A DNA stretch of 64,000 bases from Gnetum montanum (taxonomy: Eukaryota > Plantae > Gnetophyta): NCBI GenBank assembly GCA_015680685.1, contig MNCI01000685.1, forward strand, positions 62,001 to 126,000, given 5' to 3'. Positions 26,547 to 41,807 of the stretch are shown in pieces; position 1 is the stretch's first letter; every line of letters begins with the position of its first letter. Position numbers and translations under genes: made by a program. The notes beneath the pieces are model-generated. The model was not told the origin of the DNA. It saw nothing but the letters and a program-made list of their open reading frames with translations, and ran no database searches.

Positions 26547-27650
26547 TGTAGTGATGGAAAAATATCTACATGAAGTAGTTTAACCCCAGATCCAATGAGC
26601 CTCAAAAAAGAATTTGAAGTACCTCAAATGGTCTAGTCAATTGCTTGAGGACTTAGAACATATGTTACTGAGTCTTAAAGGATGTAAATGAGATGGTAGT
26701 TTAAGCACTGAGTTTGATAATAAAGAGATGTAAAAATGAACATGGCAAGCAAAGAAAACTATGAACTTTATATTAAATATAATAAAAATTTATAGAAACC
26801 AGGGTTTAAAGAATACAAGTTGTTGACTTAAAAATCCCAAGAGCATAAAGAATGGCCTTGGAGTTTCGATGCAAATGGCAGGGTGTGTTCTGCAACTAGA
26901 TCTATATTTGTATATACCAAACCATCTGCTATTGAATTTTGCCTATTATTGGTTCTCTTCACTTTGATGCTTTGCACTATTTGAAAAATGACAATGGATT
27001 TTTTAGATTTCTGCTCTGCTCTAAAAGTCTCTAGTTCAACTGAAAGAAAAAAATGATTTAAAATTCCTTGAGAAGATGCAAACTTTGTCTTACATAGGCT
27101 ATGAACATCCTAGTTTTTTGTTGGTTGGTTTTTCTATGATTGTGTCTAAATTTATACAAATTTTGCAACTTTTTGGAAGCTTTTGATGGCCAAAATCTAC
27201 AACATCTAGTATACCAAATTTTTTGGCATTTTGGGCATGAAATACCAATGTATTTGGTACTTTCACCAATCAAAAAGTCCAACGTATTAACCACCAATGT
27301 TTTTAACTTTTCTTGCCAAATTTGATTGCACACTAAACTATTTTCATGGTCCCAAATTCAATGTGTATGTGACCAACGTTTTTGAATTTATTGTCAAATT
27401 TTGGCAACATATTAACATATTATGCCCCACTTGTTGGCTTAAATGAAATTCTAGCATTGTGGGCTATAAATTACATCTCACACATTAAAGAAATGTCCAA
27501 ACTTTTGCAAGAATAAGGTTGCAGAGTAGGATTTTTAATGAAAATGTAGGAAATTATTTTTGCCTTTAAGTTCCCACTAAATTACAATTTGAATTCTTGA
27601 CTCTTAGGATTTTTTTATTTTTTACATGAATTTTTCTTTGGTGTGTTTCA
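26547..27650 (-). repeat. 3' LTR of gag-PR element
   Basis: Homologous to 48021-49038; TG...CA; PPT adjacent at 27651-27664. Confidence 0.9.
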
Positions 27651-28839
27651 TTGGCCCCTCTTTGTTGATGTTTGAGGATTGACTTAAGAGACGTCAATAA
27701 AGAATACAAAACACCATTGCAAGTTCATCACTAATGCTTCCTCTCCACACTTGATTCTGTAGCTATCGAACCATGCCAAGGAGTGCTCATGATGACGAAA
27801 TAAGATCATGATGGAATGTTATGAGTTTTAGATAAGATAAAGGTTGTATTGGTTATCAAGGAACAAACACATGAGATAACAATGAATTCCAAATATTGAC
27901 ATCATGGTTATGGTATGGTGGTCACATGTGTACTAGTTGAAAGGGTCTTTATGCTTCATGCTTGAACTACTGGTTACTTGATGATGTGTCAGAGGAAATA
28001 CCCTCCATTCATGGGCTTCTTTGGCCACTAGGCTCCCCCCTTTATTTTTTTATAGTCATTCATTTGAGTTTAGGCTTCATTAGCATCTTGGCTTTCTTGG
28101 CAAATTACTTATTCATTTTTTTATGGGTAAAACCTTCATTGGGTTTCATAGCCAAGGCTGAACTTTGATTTATTTTCTTGTTAAATGAGATGTATTACAT
28201 TAAATAAACTTGATGGTGGAACATATTGAAGAAGATGTCATATGACCATGGTGCATGAATGTTAAATATAGGTTATTGTTATTATTAGGATAAGGAAGGC
28301 TATAATTTGGTTATGGGCATATGGTTCAAGAGGGGTAATAGAAGTGATGTGAGGCAAGCACTGTTGGTAAGTTCAAACAAGTTAACCAAATCTCCTATAT
28401 CAAGATCACATGATGATTCACTGCTGCAATGAGTCATAACTTTGTGATGACTTCAAGCTTCAACTTGCAAGCACAACTCCAAGAGGACAAGAAAACAAAT
28501 CAAATAATGCATGTTATTATAAGAGATTGCATAAAGCCACATGAGGTAATAAGTAGAATACAAGTCACTACTGGTTACAACTGCTAAAACATTGGAATTT
28601 GTACTTTGCTTTACATATTTATACCAAGTTTACAATATCTTGTTATGTCAAAAAGAGATAGCAAGTCACACAAGCTCGCTTGTTGTAGGCCACAAGCTCA
28701 ATCAATGTCACATTCTTGTTCAAACTTGTATAAAAAATGTCAACAACACTAAAAGAAAATATGTCAATGTTAGATGTAATCAAGGTTGATGAGAGCAGTT
28801 ACTCTAACAGTTATTCTAATTATTAGAGCAGATACTCTA

Positions 28840-29736
28840 NNNNNNNNNNNNNNNNNNNNNNNNNNNNNNNNNNNNNNNNNNNNNNNNNNNNNNNNNNNNN
28901 NNNNNNNNNNNNNNNNNNNNNNNNNNNNNNNNNNNNNNNNNNNNNNNNNNNNNNNNNNNNNNNNNNNNNNNNNNNNNNNNNNNNNNNNNNNNNNNNNNNN
29001 NNNNNNNNNNNNNNNNNNNNNNNNNNNNNNNNNNNNNNNNNNNNNNNNNNNNNNNNNNNNNNNNNNNNNNNNNNNNNNNNNNNNNNNNNNNNNNNNNNNN
29101 NNNNNNNNNNNNNNNNNNNNNNNNNNNNNNNNNNNNNNNNNNNNNNNNNNNNNNNNNNNNNNNNNNNNNNNNNNNNNNNNNNNNNNNNNNNNNNNNNNNN
29201 NNNNNNNNNNNNNNNNNNNNNNNNNNNNNNNNNNNNNNNNNNNNNNNNNNNNNNNNNNNNNNNNNNNNNNNNNNNNNNNNNNNNNNNNNNNNNNNNNNNN
29301 NNNNNNNNNNNNNNNNNNNNNNNNNNNNNNNNNNNNNNNNNNNNNNNNNNNNNNNNNNNNNNNNNNNNNNNNNNNNNNNNNNNNNNNNNNNNNNNNNNNN
29401 NNNNNNNNNNNNNNNNNNNNNNNNNNNNNNNNNNNNNNNNNNNNNNNNNNNNNNNNNNNNNNNNNNNNNNNNNNNNNNNNNNNNNNNNNNNNNNNNNNNN
29501 NNNNNNNNNNNNNNNNNNNNNNNNNNNNNNNNNNNNNNNNNNNNNNNNNNNNNNNNNNNNNNNNNNNNNNNNNNNNNNNNNNNNNNNNNNNNNNNNNNNN
29601 NNNNNNNNNNNNNNNNNNNNNNNNNNNNNNNNNNNNNNNNNNNNNNNNNNNNNNNNNNNNNNNNNNNNNNNNNNNNNNNNNNNNNNNNNNNNNNNNNNNN
29701 NNNNNNNNNNNNNNNNNNNNNNNNNNNNNNNNNNNN
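28840..29736. other. Assembly gap (N run) covering most of the 5' LTR and PBS
   Basis: Continuous N; starts inside the LTR tandem repeat. Confidence 0.99.
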
Positions 29737-29739
29737 GTC

Positions 29740-32700
29740 TAAAATAGGAAACAATCGGCAGCATAATACACATGATGTTGATCTGCCAGTCTCTCAACAA
29801 GTTTGAGTGGTATATATTCATCTCGATTGGCATATACCAGACTTCACCTTTATCCTCCATCAAGATGAACAACTGCATTGGTGAGACTTAGAAGGTAACA
29901 TAGTGTTACCTCCTGATCATTCAATCCCAAGCATGCTTCTTCGTGCTCTCACATGAACTAGCATGCTGCAATTATATGCAGAACACGTTGTGCAAGACCA
30001 TGACTCGAGAGCATACCATCCCATGGAGGCACAAAATTAAATGGATTTGCAATAGGAGAGACATCATAAGTCTTTGAAGGATAAGTGGTTGCAGGTGTTC
30101 CCACATGTCTTAAGCGAAAATAAGGGTGGTGAACCTGCCTCAGGCAATTACCCACATAATGATGTTCCTCCCCTTGACTTTGGCCAAGGGGTTCTGTATC
30201 AGAACCTTCATTCCACTATTCATAACCCAGGTTTTGATACCCATGGGCATAAAGGATTTGAAAAAGGGACACAGACACATGATAAAGATGGACATTCTGA
30301 TCATAATCGTGATCAAGGCCAAGACCACCAAAGAGAAGGTGGCAGACACCATCATGGTGACAGTTGTCCTTCTTCTTCACCTTCATCATCTCCTTCATCC
30401 TCTCCTTCAGTGTTCAAATGCATTCATAAAGAAAAAGACCATGGGGATAAAGATAGGCAAAGTGGAAGTTATAGACAAAATAGCCAGGAAAGGGAACGAG
30501 GGCACTCTAGAGAGTCACGACATAGAGGGAACAACGTAGGCATCATAGATGCCATGGATGAGACAATCATGATGAACCCCTACACGCTACTCAAAGTATG
30601 ATGGACATAACTGAGGCTATTAGAATTCTAACAAGGCACTAGAAAGATAGTAGGATCAAGAGATTAGATATGAACAATATCCCATGATTTGAAGGGGGAT
30701 ACAACATCGGTCCTTAGAATCATTTACAAGCATTCCATGATGTGTGTGCCTTACAAAATATAGAGAATGAATGGCAAAAACTTAAGTTATTTCCATGGAC
30801 ACTAGTTAAAGAAGCAGAAAGCTGGACTGGTCTTTAGAATTGGAATCCATTCATGGGTGGAGTACTATGTTAGAACTATTTAATGACAGGTACCAAATGT
30901 ACTCCTGAGTTTCTAACTTGCAAAAGCAAATCCAAGGATGGAAACAAGGAGGACATGAACCCTTGGATGCTGCCATGGGTTGATATTATGCACTGTTACA
31001 CTGTTGTCCTGGCCATGGTTATTCACAAAGGGATCAATTACACCATCTCGTGGATGGGCTTAGACATGAAACGAGAAGAACCCTTGGGACTTATGCCCAA
31101 GGAAGACTATCCGAGCTTAGGTCCTATCAAATTCAAAGACTATTGGAGCAAGTTGCTAAGGAAGAATGTGAGCTACAGAAAAGAGAAAGTGTAGAAGAGT
31201 ATAATCGAGATCCTTCCCTTTGGAGGAGGGGAGTAAGATTTTGTAAGGATGAAGAAGAGTCACCACTCAAAGAGATGGTGAATAGGAAAAATTTTCCTAT
31301 CCAAAAGATGACATAAGAAGTTTTGGCAAAGGTAGACCAAATGTAAGATTTCCTAGATAATAGATTTCAAACTATTCTTAAAATAATAAAGGAGTCTAGA
31401 AAGCAAGGTAGTAAGAAAAGAAAAAAGAAAGAGGTTGAACATGCACGTAGCAAGGGTAAGGGCAAAGTTACCATCATTGAAGAGATTGTGGATTCAGAAA
31501 TAGATAATGATAGTGGATGTGAGATATGTTAATATGACCATCCTAAGGGATGTTTCCCTATAATCTCACATCTGCAAGAGTCTGGGATGTATGCACTCAA
31601 CCCATGATTAAACAAAAGGAAAACACCTTGAAGGTTACCTTATCCTCAAGGTAACCCAAGGTAGTTCCACCAACCCTTAACATATTATCCTAGTGGAACT
31701 CCACCACAATCGATTGAGCAATATCAATAGTGGTAGCACCCACAATCATGTGGAATGCCACCACCAAGGCAACAATATCCTTACTAGAAACTTGACATGT
31801 ATGGATATTACGTGTAGTAGCCAATCTCCCCACGTGACTCTACTAATCACATCACTCCTCAACCTCACTAGCAAGCCTATGAGTATTATGGGACTCCCTC
31901 TTCTAGGGGTGATATTCCACAAGCATATCATCCTTCTCATCCAGTTGCATCTCTTCCACCAATAGCTCCACTATGACTTGTAGCAGCTATGCAGGCTGAA
32001 ATCCCTACCCAGTCGTAGCAACATAATGCCACAAGGGCTGTTAACTCTCAACCTACTATTGGTTCCAACAACCACATGAAGAAAAGACCTTTCTTTAGAA
32101 CCAACAGTCCAACCAAGCCCTTGCAATCACAAGCAGCTGATTCTTTAGATGCCTCAGTATCAATCAAAATTCAGAGCCTCCTTCAACTCAACCACCATAC
32201 TCAATGCATACGATCATGCTAACACATGCTATCACCGATTGGATCAAAGCTAGCCACCTTCCTAGGAAATTCTCTAATCCTGGGAGTCCTCTGATATACT
32301 TACAAATCGCTAAAAATGTGTCATGCACAGCTCTTTTGGATTCAGGTTTCAATGTCAACTTGATTTCTCAAGAAATGTACAAGGCTTGGAACCTACCTTC
32401 ATTAAAAAAGAGCAACATCCATCTAGAGTTGATCAACCAGTCCATTGCTATACCATTGGGACTGGTGGAAGACATTGTTACCACTATTTATGGGTGGTCG
32501 TACCTAGCTAACTTCCTAGTGATTCAGGTGAACAATAGTAAGGGAGGCTTCCCAATCATAATGAAAAGAGCATGGCTAAGCACCATCAACGCATGCCTAG
32601 GAATATGTGATCTTTCCCTAGAAATATCAAAGAAAATTACATTCAGAAAGATTGAGAAGAAGAAAGTTCCATGCATCACATATAGTGACATAGGGTGTAA

Positions 32701-35700
32701 TTACGTGTAGAGGTTATGGTTTGTGCAAAGTTTAACATTGCCTGCATGCAATCAGTGTGCACAAGTTATCAACATACAAAGATGCCTGTATGTAGCAGCC
32801 ACATAACAAGAAGGCACCTAGTAGCTGATAGCTGATTAAGAAAGTAATTCACTCATATGCATGAAACCAATTGAGGGTTTGACTTGTGCTTACATCAATA
32901 GCATAGACGCATTAGAGCAAGTCCACTGCCAACTTCCAAGTCTTAACCTTGAAAATATCAACTAGGGAAAGTTGGAAATCCCTGAGAAATTTAAGTAGGA
33001 GCCCCTCAAGCTGAAACCATTGCCCACCGGTATGGAATATACATTCATTAAAAATAGAAAACCAGTAATTATCAACACTAAGCTTGCTCCTCAACAGAAA
33101 GAAGAATTGATAAAGGTAATTAATAAATGGTCAAAAGCCTTCACTTGGTCATATCCCGAATTAACTAGAATAGATCCTAGGATATGCCAACATAGGATTT
33201 ACACTGACCCCTCCATGAGACCTCGAAGACAACCATAGAGGCATTTGAACCCAAAGTTGAAGCAAGTAGTCAAGGAGAAATCGAATAGCTTGTCAAGGCT
33301 AGGTTCATATACCCCATTGTTGATAGTGAATGGGTTAGCACCTTAGTTATTATGCCTAAAAAGGGAGGCAAATGGAGGGTGTGCATAGATTTTAGGCTAC
33401 TAAATATGACAACATTTAAAGATCACTTTTCGTTATCATTTGTTAACCAAGTCTTAGGCACCATTGCAGGGCATAGCTACGACAATTTTCTGGATGGATA
33501 TAGTAGATATAATCACATACAAATAGTCCCAAAAGACCAAGCCAAAACTATGTTCACCAGTCCTTGGGGAACATTTGCATATAAACAGATGATGTTTGGC
33601 TTATGTAATGACCCTGCAACATTTCAACGACTAGTTCTAAACATCCTCCAATAGTAGATAGGAAATGGTGTAAAGGTCTTTATGGATGACTTCTCCACTT
33701 ATGGAGCAAAATTTGATCAAGCCTTGGACCAATTGGATCAAGTGTTAAAAAGATGTGTAGAAACCAATTTAAGGCTCAATTGGTAGAAAAGCCATTTGAT
33801 GGTCCAAGAAGGCATAATACTAGGGCACAAAATCTCACACACAAGGATAGATGTAGACCCCGAGAAAATCAAAGTTATCCAAGGAATTACCCGTCAATCG
33901 GAAACTGTCAAAGATATTCAGTCATTCCTTGGACATACTGGCTACTATAGGAGATTTTTTGAGAACTTTTCAAAGGTTGCCAAATCATTGGTGGAATTAA
34001 CAAAAAAGGACATACCTTTCGAGTGGACCAAGGAATGTGAATTAGCTTTTCAAACTCTGAAACAGAAGCTAGTAGAAACACCCATTCTACAAGCTCCTGA
34101 CTGGTTCAAACCATTCCATATCATGATTGATGCGTCCAACTATGCCTTAGGAGCTGTACTTATGCAATTAGATGACCAAAAGCATCCTTATTACATCCAC
34201 TATGCAAGTAGAAGTATCGTTGGTGCACAACTTAACTACATTACCACAGAGAAAGATATAATGGTTGTAGTGTTTGCACTAGAAAAGTTTAGACACTATG
34301 TGTTGTGATATAAAGTATATATACATACATATCATAGTGCAATAAGGTTCCTCATGAATAAGCCAATGGTAAGCCCTCGTATCATACGATGGCTTGTAAT
34401 CTTCCAAGAGTTTGATTTTACGATGATCGATCGTAAAGGCACCAAGAACGTAGTTGCTAATCATTTATCTTAGTTGCGATGGGACAACAAAGAGGACAAG
34501 TATCCAATTTTTGATTATTTTCCTGATGAATTCTTCTTTGTTGGTGTAGTATATAATCAATCACCCATGGAGACAAATTGGTATAGTAGCATTTTTACCT
34601 ATCTCCTCACCCAAGAAATACCACAAGAGTTATACCTTAAGAAGAAACAACAGTTTCTTCATTGAGCCAAGTACTTTATGGAAATCAATGGGCAACTTTA
34701 CAAAGTGTGTCCCGATGGCTTGGTTTGATGGTTTTTTCCCAATATAGATCAACTGCGAGTTCTCCAAGATGCTCATGAGGATCCTTGTGGGGGTCATTAT
34801 GCTGGAAGATGAATGACCATCAAGATCTTGCGTGCAGGATATTATTAGCCTACATTGTTTTGGGATGTCCATCAATTCGTCCAATCTTGTGAGCACTGTC
34901 AATGTGATGGGGGAATGACTGCTAGAATGGAGGGTCCACAACAATGGATCCAACTATTAGAACCCTTCAACATTTGGGGAATTGAGTTTATGGGGTCAAT
35001 TACACCAATGTCCAATGGAAAAGTGTATATCATTATTACTATTGATTACCTAACTAAATGGGCAAAAGTAGCTGCTGTTAAGGATTATACATCATCTATA
35101 GTTGCATGATTTGTTCAACAACAAATCATAAATAGGTTTGGTGTGCCTCATGCACTTATTTTAGACAATGGTATCCACTTCATAGGTGCAACTTTTCGAA
35201 AATTAATGCAACACTTAGGGGTTAAGCATAAATTCACTACACCATACCACCCCCAAGTGAATGGTCAAGAAGAAGTCACCAAGAGAGAGATTATAAAGAT
35301 ATTGACAAGAACTGTTAGCAAGTTTAGGTGAGACTGGAGCACTAAACTAAACAATGCTCTTTGGGCGTACTGCTCGACATGGAAACTCCCTACAGGCTAC
35401 TCTCCCTATGAGTTAGTATATGGTAAATTACCAACACTTCCCATTCAAATTGAGCTTCGTACACTATCCATGGTATGTGACCTCAACCTTGACCTTGATC
35501 TAGCACAGAAACAATGGTTAGTAACCCTTAACTTGCTAAATGAAAACCAACTAGCTGCACTATCATCGAACGAGTTGCACAAGGCATTCAATAAACAACA
35601 TCATGACCTAAGGATTAGGAAAGTTAAATATCAACTGGGAGATAAGGTTCTCTATTGGAATCCCACACATGTGCCACAACGTACTAAATTTCAAACACTG

Positions 35701-35928
35701 TGGGAAGGACATTATTTTATTTATGCAACTTTTCCTTCAAGGGCCATGACAATATACAAACCTGAGAGCCCAGACAAGAAATTGTTGATCAACGTACAAC
35801 AAAACAAACCTTTCCATGAGCTTAGGATAGCTAGTACACATGCTACCTCTATTGATGGACAACCTTACTCACTATTTTGGATCTCCTCCTTCCAACTCGA
35901 TTGTGGGGGAGATGGCCACCTATGCTAA
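29740..35928 (+). pseudogene. Athila-like gag-pol, fragmented
   Basis: His/Ser-rich gag, LLDSGFNVNL protease, WRVCIDFR / FLDGYSRYNHI / FMDDF RT, DASNYALGAVL RNase H, IDYLTKW / TPYHPQVNGQ integrase. Confidence 0.93.
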
Positions 35929-37830
35929 ATGTTTTAGGCCCTCATTTCTTTTTGAATTTTTGTTTTACACATTTTTTCAACTTTTTTTTTTTACACCATC
36001 ATTCATATTTTTACTATTTCTTTGTTTTCTTGATTTACTTTTATTCATCATCTAATAAGTGCTCATGATGGTGATTGCATTATATCATATTGATTTCTAA
36101 TGTTTGGTTTTTACCTTTGAATTATGATGCTGATATTAAGGTATGGTTCTTTTGGTAAAATAGGCAATGAGTCCACGTCATCCACTCATCTATACAACTC
36201 TATGTCTCCTTTGGCTTGGAACTGTATAGTCCCCTTTTTCTAAGTAAATTTATTAATGAATTGGTGGCTAGGTACTTTTCAAACTAAGGAAAGACTCAAA
36301 GGATGAAAAGGGTGCAACTTCAAGGGGATTAGATGCATTTGTGTTGGCCATTCTCTTGGGTGCTTGGATGCTTGTTTCTTGGGTTTTCCACCATTCTAAC
36401 ATTGTTCAAAAATCAAGAAGCTGAGTGAATAAAAATAAGTCTATGCATGGTGTGGTTCTCATGCAAAAAAAAAAGGAGAAAGTGAGAATTAAAAGCACAC
36501 CCCTTAGACATAATAAAGCAATATGGGCTACAAGCACTGGTTATGAAATTGGAAAGACATGTTACCCATGCCTGAAAGTTCCCTCTAACTAAGGCCCTTT
36601 CTCACTTCCTACTTCTCCATCTCGCTCTCCTTGGGATGGTGGTCACTCTTTGTGAAGGCATTCTTGTTGCTTTAAGGGGATGGATTGGCCAGGTGTATTG
36701 ATGCGAGGTCACTAAATGTGGTTGGTTTGAGTCTAGATTTGGGATGAAGTTCTACTCAGTCATCTTAACCATGAAATACACAAAGGGCTTTACACAACCT
36801 TGTTCTTGGAATTCCATTCCATTCTCTCCTCTCCATCTTTCTTCCCATTTTCCACCTCATTTCCATTTTTATCATTAGTCTGTTCTAGGTTGATGCATTT
36901 TTTTTCTTTGGTGAATTCTTGTAGGTAAGTTTTTAACTCTTACTTCCAAATGACATTCCTAGAGCCTACGGACTCTTTGGTTTGTGGGTTTGTCAAGGCA
37001 TAAAAGACATGAGCCTGCTTTGGGGAGGATCCACTGGCATTCCTTTTTAGTGCAATTGTTAAGTTCTTTTCCTTAAATATTCTTGCAATAAATCATCTCT
37101 TGTTTCATCCCCATTCATGACATCCATTTTATTGGTGTTGCCATTGTTATTTTTTCTGATCTTTCTTGTTCCTCATATTTTTCCATCTTATAGCTACCAG
37201 AGGTTCGCTCTTAGTTGTGGGGGCCTTGGCACAAATTTTTAAATTTTCTCCATTTTACTACTCGTCTAACCCCTACACCTTAGGTAGTCACCTGTGATAA
37301 ATCTTCGAACCAATTTCTACCATGACCACAACTCAGCAAATATGCTTCATATCAAGGCAAGATATCAATTGCATTATGGCTTATCTATCCTTGCTCATTT
37401 GTGACTATGTTGTGTGTGCAAATGGAAATCATACAAACAATGGACTAGGCTTAGAGGAAGCACTTAGGATGGACTGGAACTGGAGCATTTATGAAAGGAG
37501 AAAGTCTGGTGGCATGGCTATGGATAAACAACAGAAGGCACAATCTTAGCATTGGTGGCAACACGCTTCATTTTCTTTGTCTCTCTTTCTCTACAAGCTA
37601 CCAAATAAAGGCTTGTATGTCATTTATGTACAAGTGTTCACCACAATTGTCATGAACACTAATGTTGTAATATGCTTATTGATCTGTTCACTGGGCATGT
37701 TGAGTCTGTCATCCCATTCCACCATCAGTTGTCAGTTAGTCAATAATCCCATACCTTCCCAATATTTTGTAAAGAACTTGTTTCTCTTCTTCTATACTCG
37801 AGGATAAGTTTTCATTTAGTCGTGGGGATA

Positions 37831-38848
37831 TGATGATAGCGGTTACTCTAGCAGTTATTCTAATTATTAGAGCAGTTACTTTAGCTGTTACTCTAGCAGT
37901 TACTCTAATTATTAGAGTGGTTACTCTAGTGGTTACTTTAGCAATTATTCTAATTATTAGAGTGGTTACTCTAGCGGTTACTCTAGTAGTTATTCTAATT
38001 ATTAGAGAGGTTACTATAGTGGTTATTTTAGTAGTTATTCTAATTATTAGAGTAGTTACTCTAATTATTAGAGTAGTTTCTCCCAAGCCTATAAATATAG
38101 TGCCCAGGCACACAATTGGGAAGGAAGTCTTTTAGCAATCAAGTAGCAAAAGTCTTGTAGTCTGTTTGAAAGTTAGAGTATTTTCCAAGTGCCCATAGTA
38201 AGAGGTATAAGTGTGGATGGATCTTTATTCGAGCATTGTGTACCTGAGCACACCTTGTGTACGGCAATAAAGACGAGCTCTTTGATTCATCCTTGCAGCA
38301 CTTGAGTTTTTTTTTTTACATTTCTTTTATTTTATTTTCTTATGCATTTATTTTATTTTATGCACTTTACATTTATGTTATTAGTATAGCAATTCATTTT
38401 GATCAATTAAGCAAATCATTAAATTACACTTAGTACGATCAATTCGAGCATGCGTGTAACACTTGGTAACCCAGTGACGATTAGTGTTTGGTAATCCCAG
38501 TAGTGTTGCGCTGGTTTAGGATGTGTACGGTAAGTGAGAACGGATACTAGTGTTAAGATTAGTTAGAACTTAGTTAATGAGTAGTTAAGTTAAATTAGTC
38601 ACTTAGTTACCTCTCTCCTTCCCTACTAGTGCAGGACATAAAAACATAAAATGTATAAAAATCATATGCCTCAAGCTTACTTAAGCATACAATCGTGACA
38701 TACAGGTAAGCTTGGGAAGACAACGTTCAACCAACCCATCCTTGTTCCACAAGGGTGGATAAGCGCTTAGTCCTTGGAATTCGACTGGATCATGCGTGAA
38801 ACGCTCGTATGCCTATGGTTGAGTGTAGGGGTACCTTGCCACTAATCA
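37831..38848 (+). repeat. 3' LTR of Athila-like element, with 12/21-bp U3 repeat at 37838-38075
   Basis: TGATGA...TAATCA termini, TATAAATA ~38090, homologous to 312-948. Confidence 0.92.
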
Positions 38849-39880
38849 AAGCTCATGTGAATATTTTCATGTTGCCATGCAAGAGTTTGATGACATCTTG
38901 AGCAAACTAAGGTTCTATTAAGGAACTTGGTTTCAAGGTTTTCTCCCCACCGTTATGGGTATTGAGATGGGGAATTCAACCAAGGAACCCTCTATGATGG
39001 TTTTAGATTCTCCAAGCTAAGGACAATTAGGTCATTGCATGACATTAAGGCTATACAGTCAAAGGCTTATAGGCTCTTGATTTTAGCATTCAAGGTCAAC
39101 TTAGTCAAACAACATCACAAGAAGGGTTCATTTAAGCTCCAAGGCTAGTCAAATTACTTTCTCATCTCCCTATCACAATCCTACATATCAACATAAGCAC
39201 ATTAAGTGGCATCTACATAATAGGATTGTTAAATAATGCGAAATATTGTGATAATAGAGTAGCATAAGGCCAAAACATAGTAGAATTAGGCTAAACAAGG
39301 CCAAAACAAGATCATAACAATATGAAGGTAAAACTAGGCAAAACAAGGTAAAACAAGTTGCAACGAGGCAAACTATGGTTAAACAAGATTAAAACATGGT
39401 CAAAACAAGGTAAAATTAAAGCCAAATAAGGTAGATTAAGGTGAAACAAGGTCAAACAAGTTTTAAAATAATAATATTTATTTTTTATTTATTAGTTATT
39501 TTTGGTTATTTTATGATTGAAATAAACAAAAATCTCATTAAAATAAGTTATAAGCTACCAAAATAGATGAAAATTTGGTGTCAACCTATTGTAAATTGCT
39601 AAAATAAGTGAAAATCCAAAGAAAATAGGCTATAAATTATTAAAATAATCAAAAAAGATAGCAAAAATTATTAAAATACTTTAAACTATCATAAAAAATA
39701 GAAAGATCTTGTGAAATAGGTTGTAAACTACCAAAATAGTGTTTTTTTTGTTGCCAACATAACATGTGCACATTAAATCCTCAATGTATAAGCTTATTTG
39801 GGTGGATTTTTAGTAGTTAGAAACTTTCTTGTTTTGTCCTATCTGTTGGTTTATATGTTTTAACAACTTATGGGAAAGAT

Positions 39881-40322
39881 TCGAATGGAATTTTCTAATT
39901 CCATATCTCCTACATTGGCATATACGTTGGCCAACATATGTAGCTTAGATTGTTAACATATAGTCAAGTTTGGAATCCAATTTTCTAATTCTATTCTTGC
40001 TACATTGGCATATATATTAGCCAACATACGTAGCTTAATTTGTCAACATATAGTTAAGTTTTAAATGGAATTTTTTAATTCCATTCTTCCTATGCTAGCA
40101 TATACATTGGCCAACATATGTAGCTTAATTTATCAATGTATAGTCAAGTTTGGAATGGAATTTTCTAATTCCATTCTTCCTACACTGATATATACTTTGG
40201 CCAACACATGTAACTTAGTTTCTTAACATATGATTTAAGTTGAAATGGAATTTTCTAATCTCATTCTAGATACGTTGGCATATACATTAGCAAACATATG
40301 TAGGTTAATTAGCAACGTAGGA
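39881..40322. repeat. 90-bp tandem repeat, ~5 copies
   Basis: AATGGAATTTTCTAATTCCA...TTGGCCAACATATGTAGCTT units start at 39881, 39971, 40061, 40151, 40241. Confidence 0.95.
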
Positions 40323-41807
40323 AGGTTTGGGCTAGTCTTAGTAACTTTTGGAACTTAATATGTTTTAGTAGCATTTGAAACTATAGAAAATATTTGGGCT
40401 TGGTATTTGACGTGTCTCAGAATTGTAGTGGCATAGGGGAGCATAGGCAGGTTTCCTTGGCAATGATGGCCAAAAGTGTGGCAATAGGGAAGAGTAATGT
40501 ATAGCTCGGCTTGGCGAAGGTAGGACAACTATAGGCGCATGAGGATAGGGGAGAAGGCCCTTACTCAATTTTCTTTATTGTTATTAGTATTATATTTTTT
40601 TTCCTTTATTGCAATGTGCAGGCATGCGTGCAAGTGGCAATGACGTGGTGAACGGTAGCACACGTAAATGGTAGCCCTGGTGCATTTCTATTATGTGTGG
40701 CAGGCATGTAGGCAAGTGTAGGTGTAGGTGTGGGCCTATGGATAGGCTAGCGCTACTAGCCGTGGTGGCTATTGGTAGGGCCTAACCCCAAAATTAATAG
40801 ATTTTAATTTAATTTTTTTCAAATTGGTTTCAAATTTGTTTTGGATTTGGTTTTAATTTTCAAAAGTATTTGAAATGAAATCATAGCCTATAGGTTTTGC
40901 ATGTCTTTATTACCAAAATCTAACTTTTATGAATTCCTCTTCATTGAGTTAGTATATTTCCAGTGGATCATGGAGACATGAAAATGAAAACCTCTCATAA
41001 CAAGGATTTAAGAGCTTCATTTCATGGCCTATGGATTCATAGTATTACTATCATTGTTTCCTTGGGTAATAGATGTATAAATGCTCTATTATGGAGCATG
41101 TTTCAGCAACCTTGGTAGGTTGTGCTGCAAGAATAAAATTTCTTTATGTTGCATACTGAGGTAGATAGTTGAATGTATGTTTCAATTACATGACTCTTCT
41201 ACATAAATTGTTAGATTTGTACAAAAAGACAAAACAAAGTTTAAAAGGCTTTGATTATTACTATTCATTGAATACAATGATAGTGCTTCTATAGAAAGTG
41301 TTGTCTAATGGCTTAGCAAGTATCGATAATTGCTCACTGTAAGATTTGAGTCATTGAGGACATATAAGATAACACAACTATTTTTACCATGTAGTAGATG
41401 ATCAATGCTATATGAAATTTGCATTCTATCTGCAATTGTTAAAAGCAAGTAATTTGCACCCATCTTGAATTTCAATTTTTTTTGGTCTCTTCAGTGAATT
41501 CACATTTTATCTATTTCTTATGAAAGCACTGAAATTTTGCCAAGCCAACAATAAGAATAGAAATTTACAATGGTGAAGCTATATGCAACCGAGAGCATGA
41601 TACACAATTTTTATTTTTGGTTGGCACAAATCCCTTGCCATTATTTGATTCTTACATCCTTCATGTCTCATTTTCCTGGCTAAATGTCCTATGTTGTGTT
41701 GTTGCAGTGTCTGTGTCATGCTAAATCCCTTGTATAAAATAAGTTTATTAAATTATTGTTTTTTTAAAAAAATTTACAGTATTTTCCTATGCAATTTTTT
41801 TTAAAAG

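Larger units (their letters stand above)
28787..38848 (+). mobile_element. Athila-like Gypsy LTR retrotransposon, near full length
   Basis: TGATGAG start at 28787, ...ACTAATCA end at 38848, TSD AAGGT/AAGCT, PPT GTGGGGATA before 37831; gag-PR-RT-RH-INT without aRH; sister copy at 61258 has tRNA-Asp PBS. Confidence 0.92.

Noticed and set aside
28786-29878. 300+ aa ORFs in the track
   Set aside because: They read through the N gap
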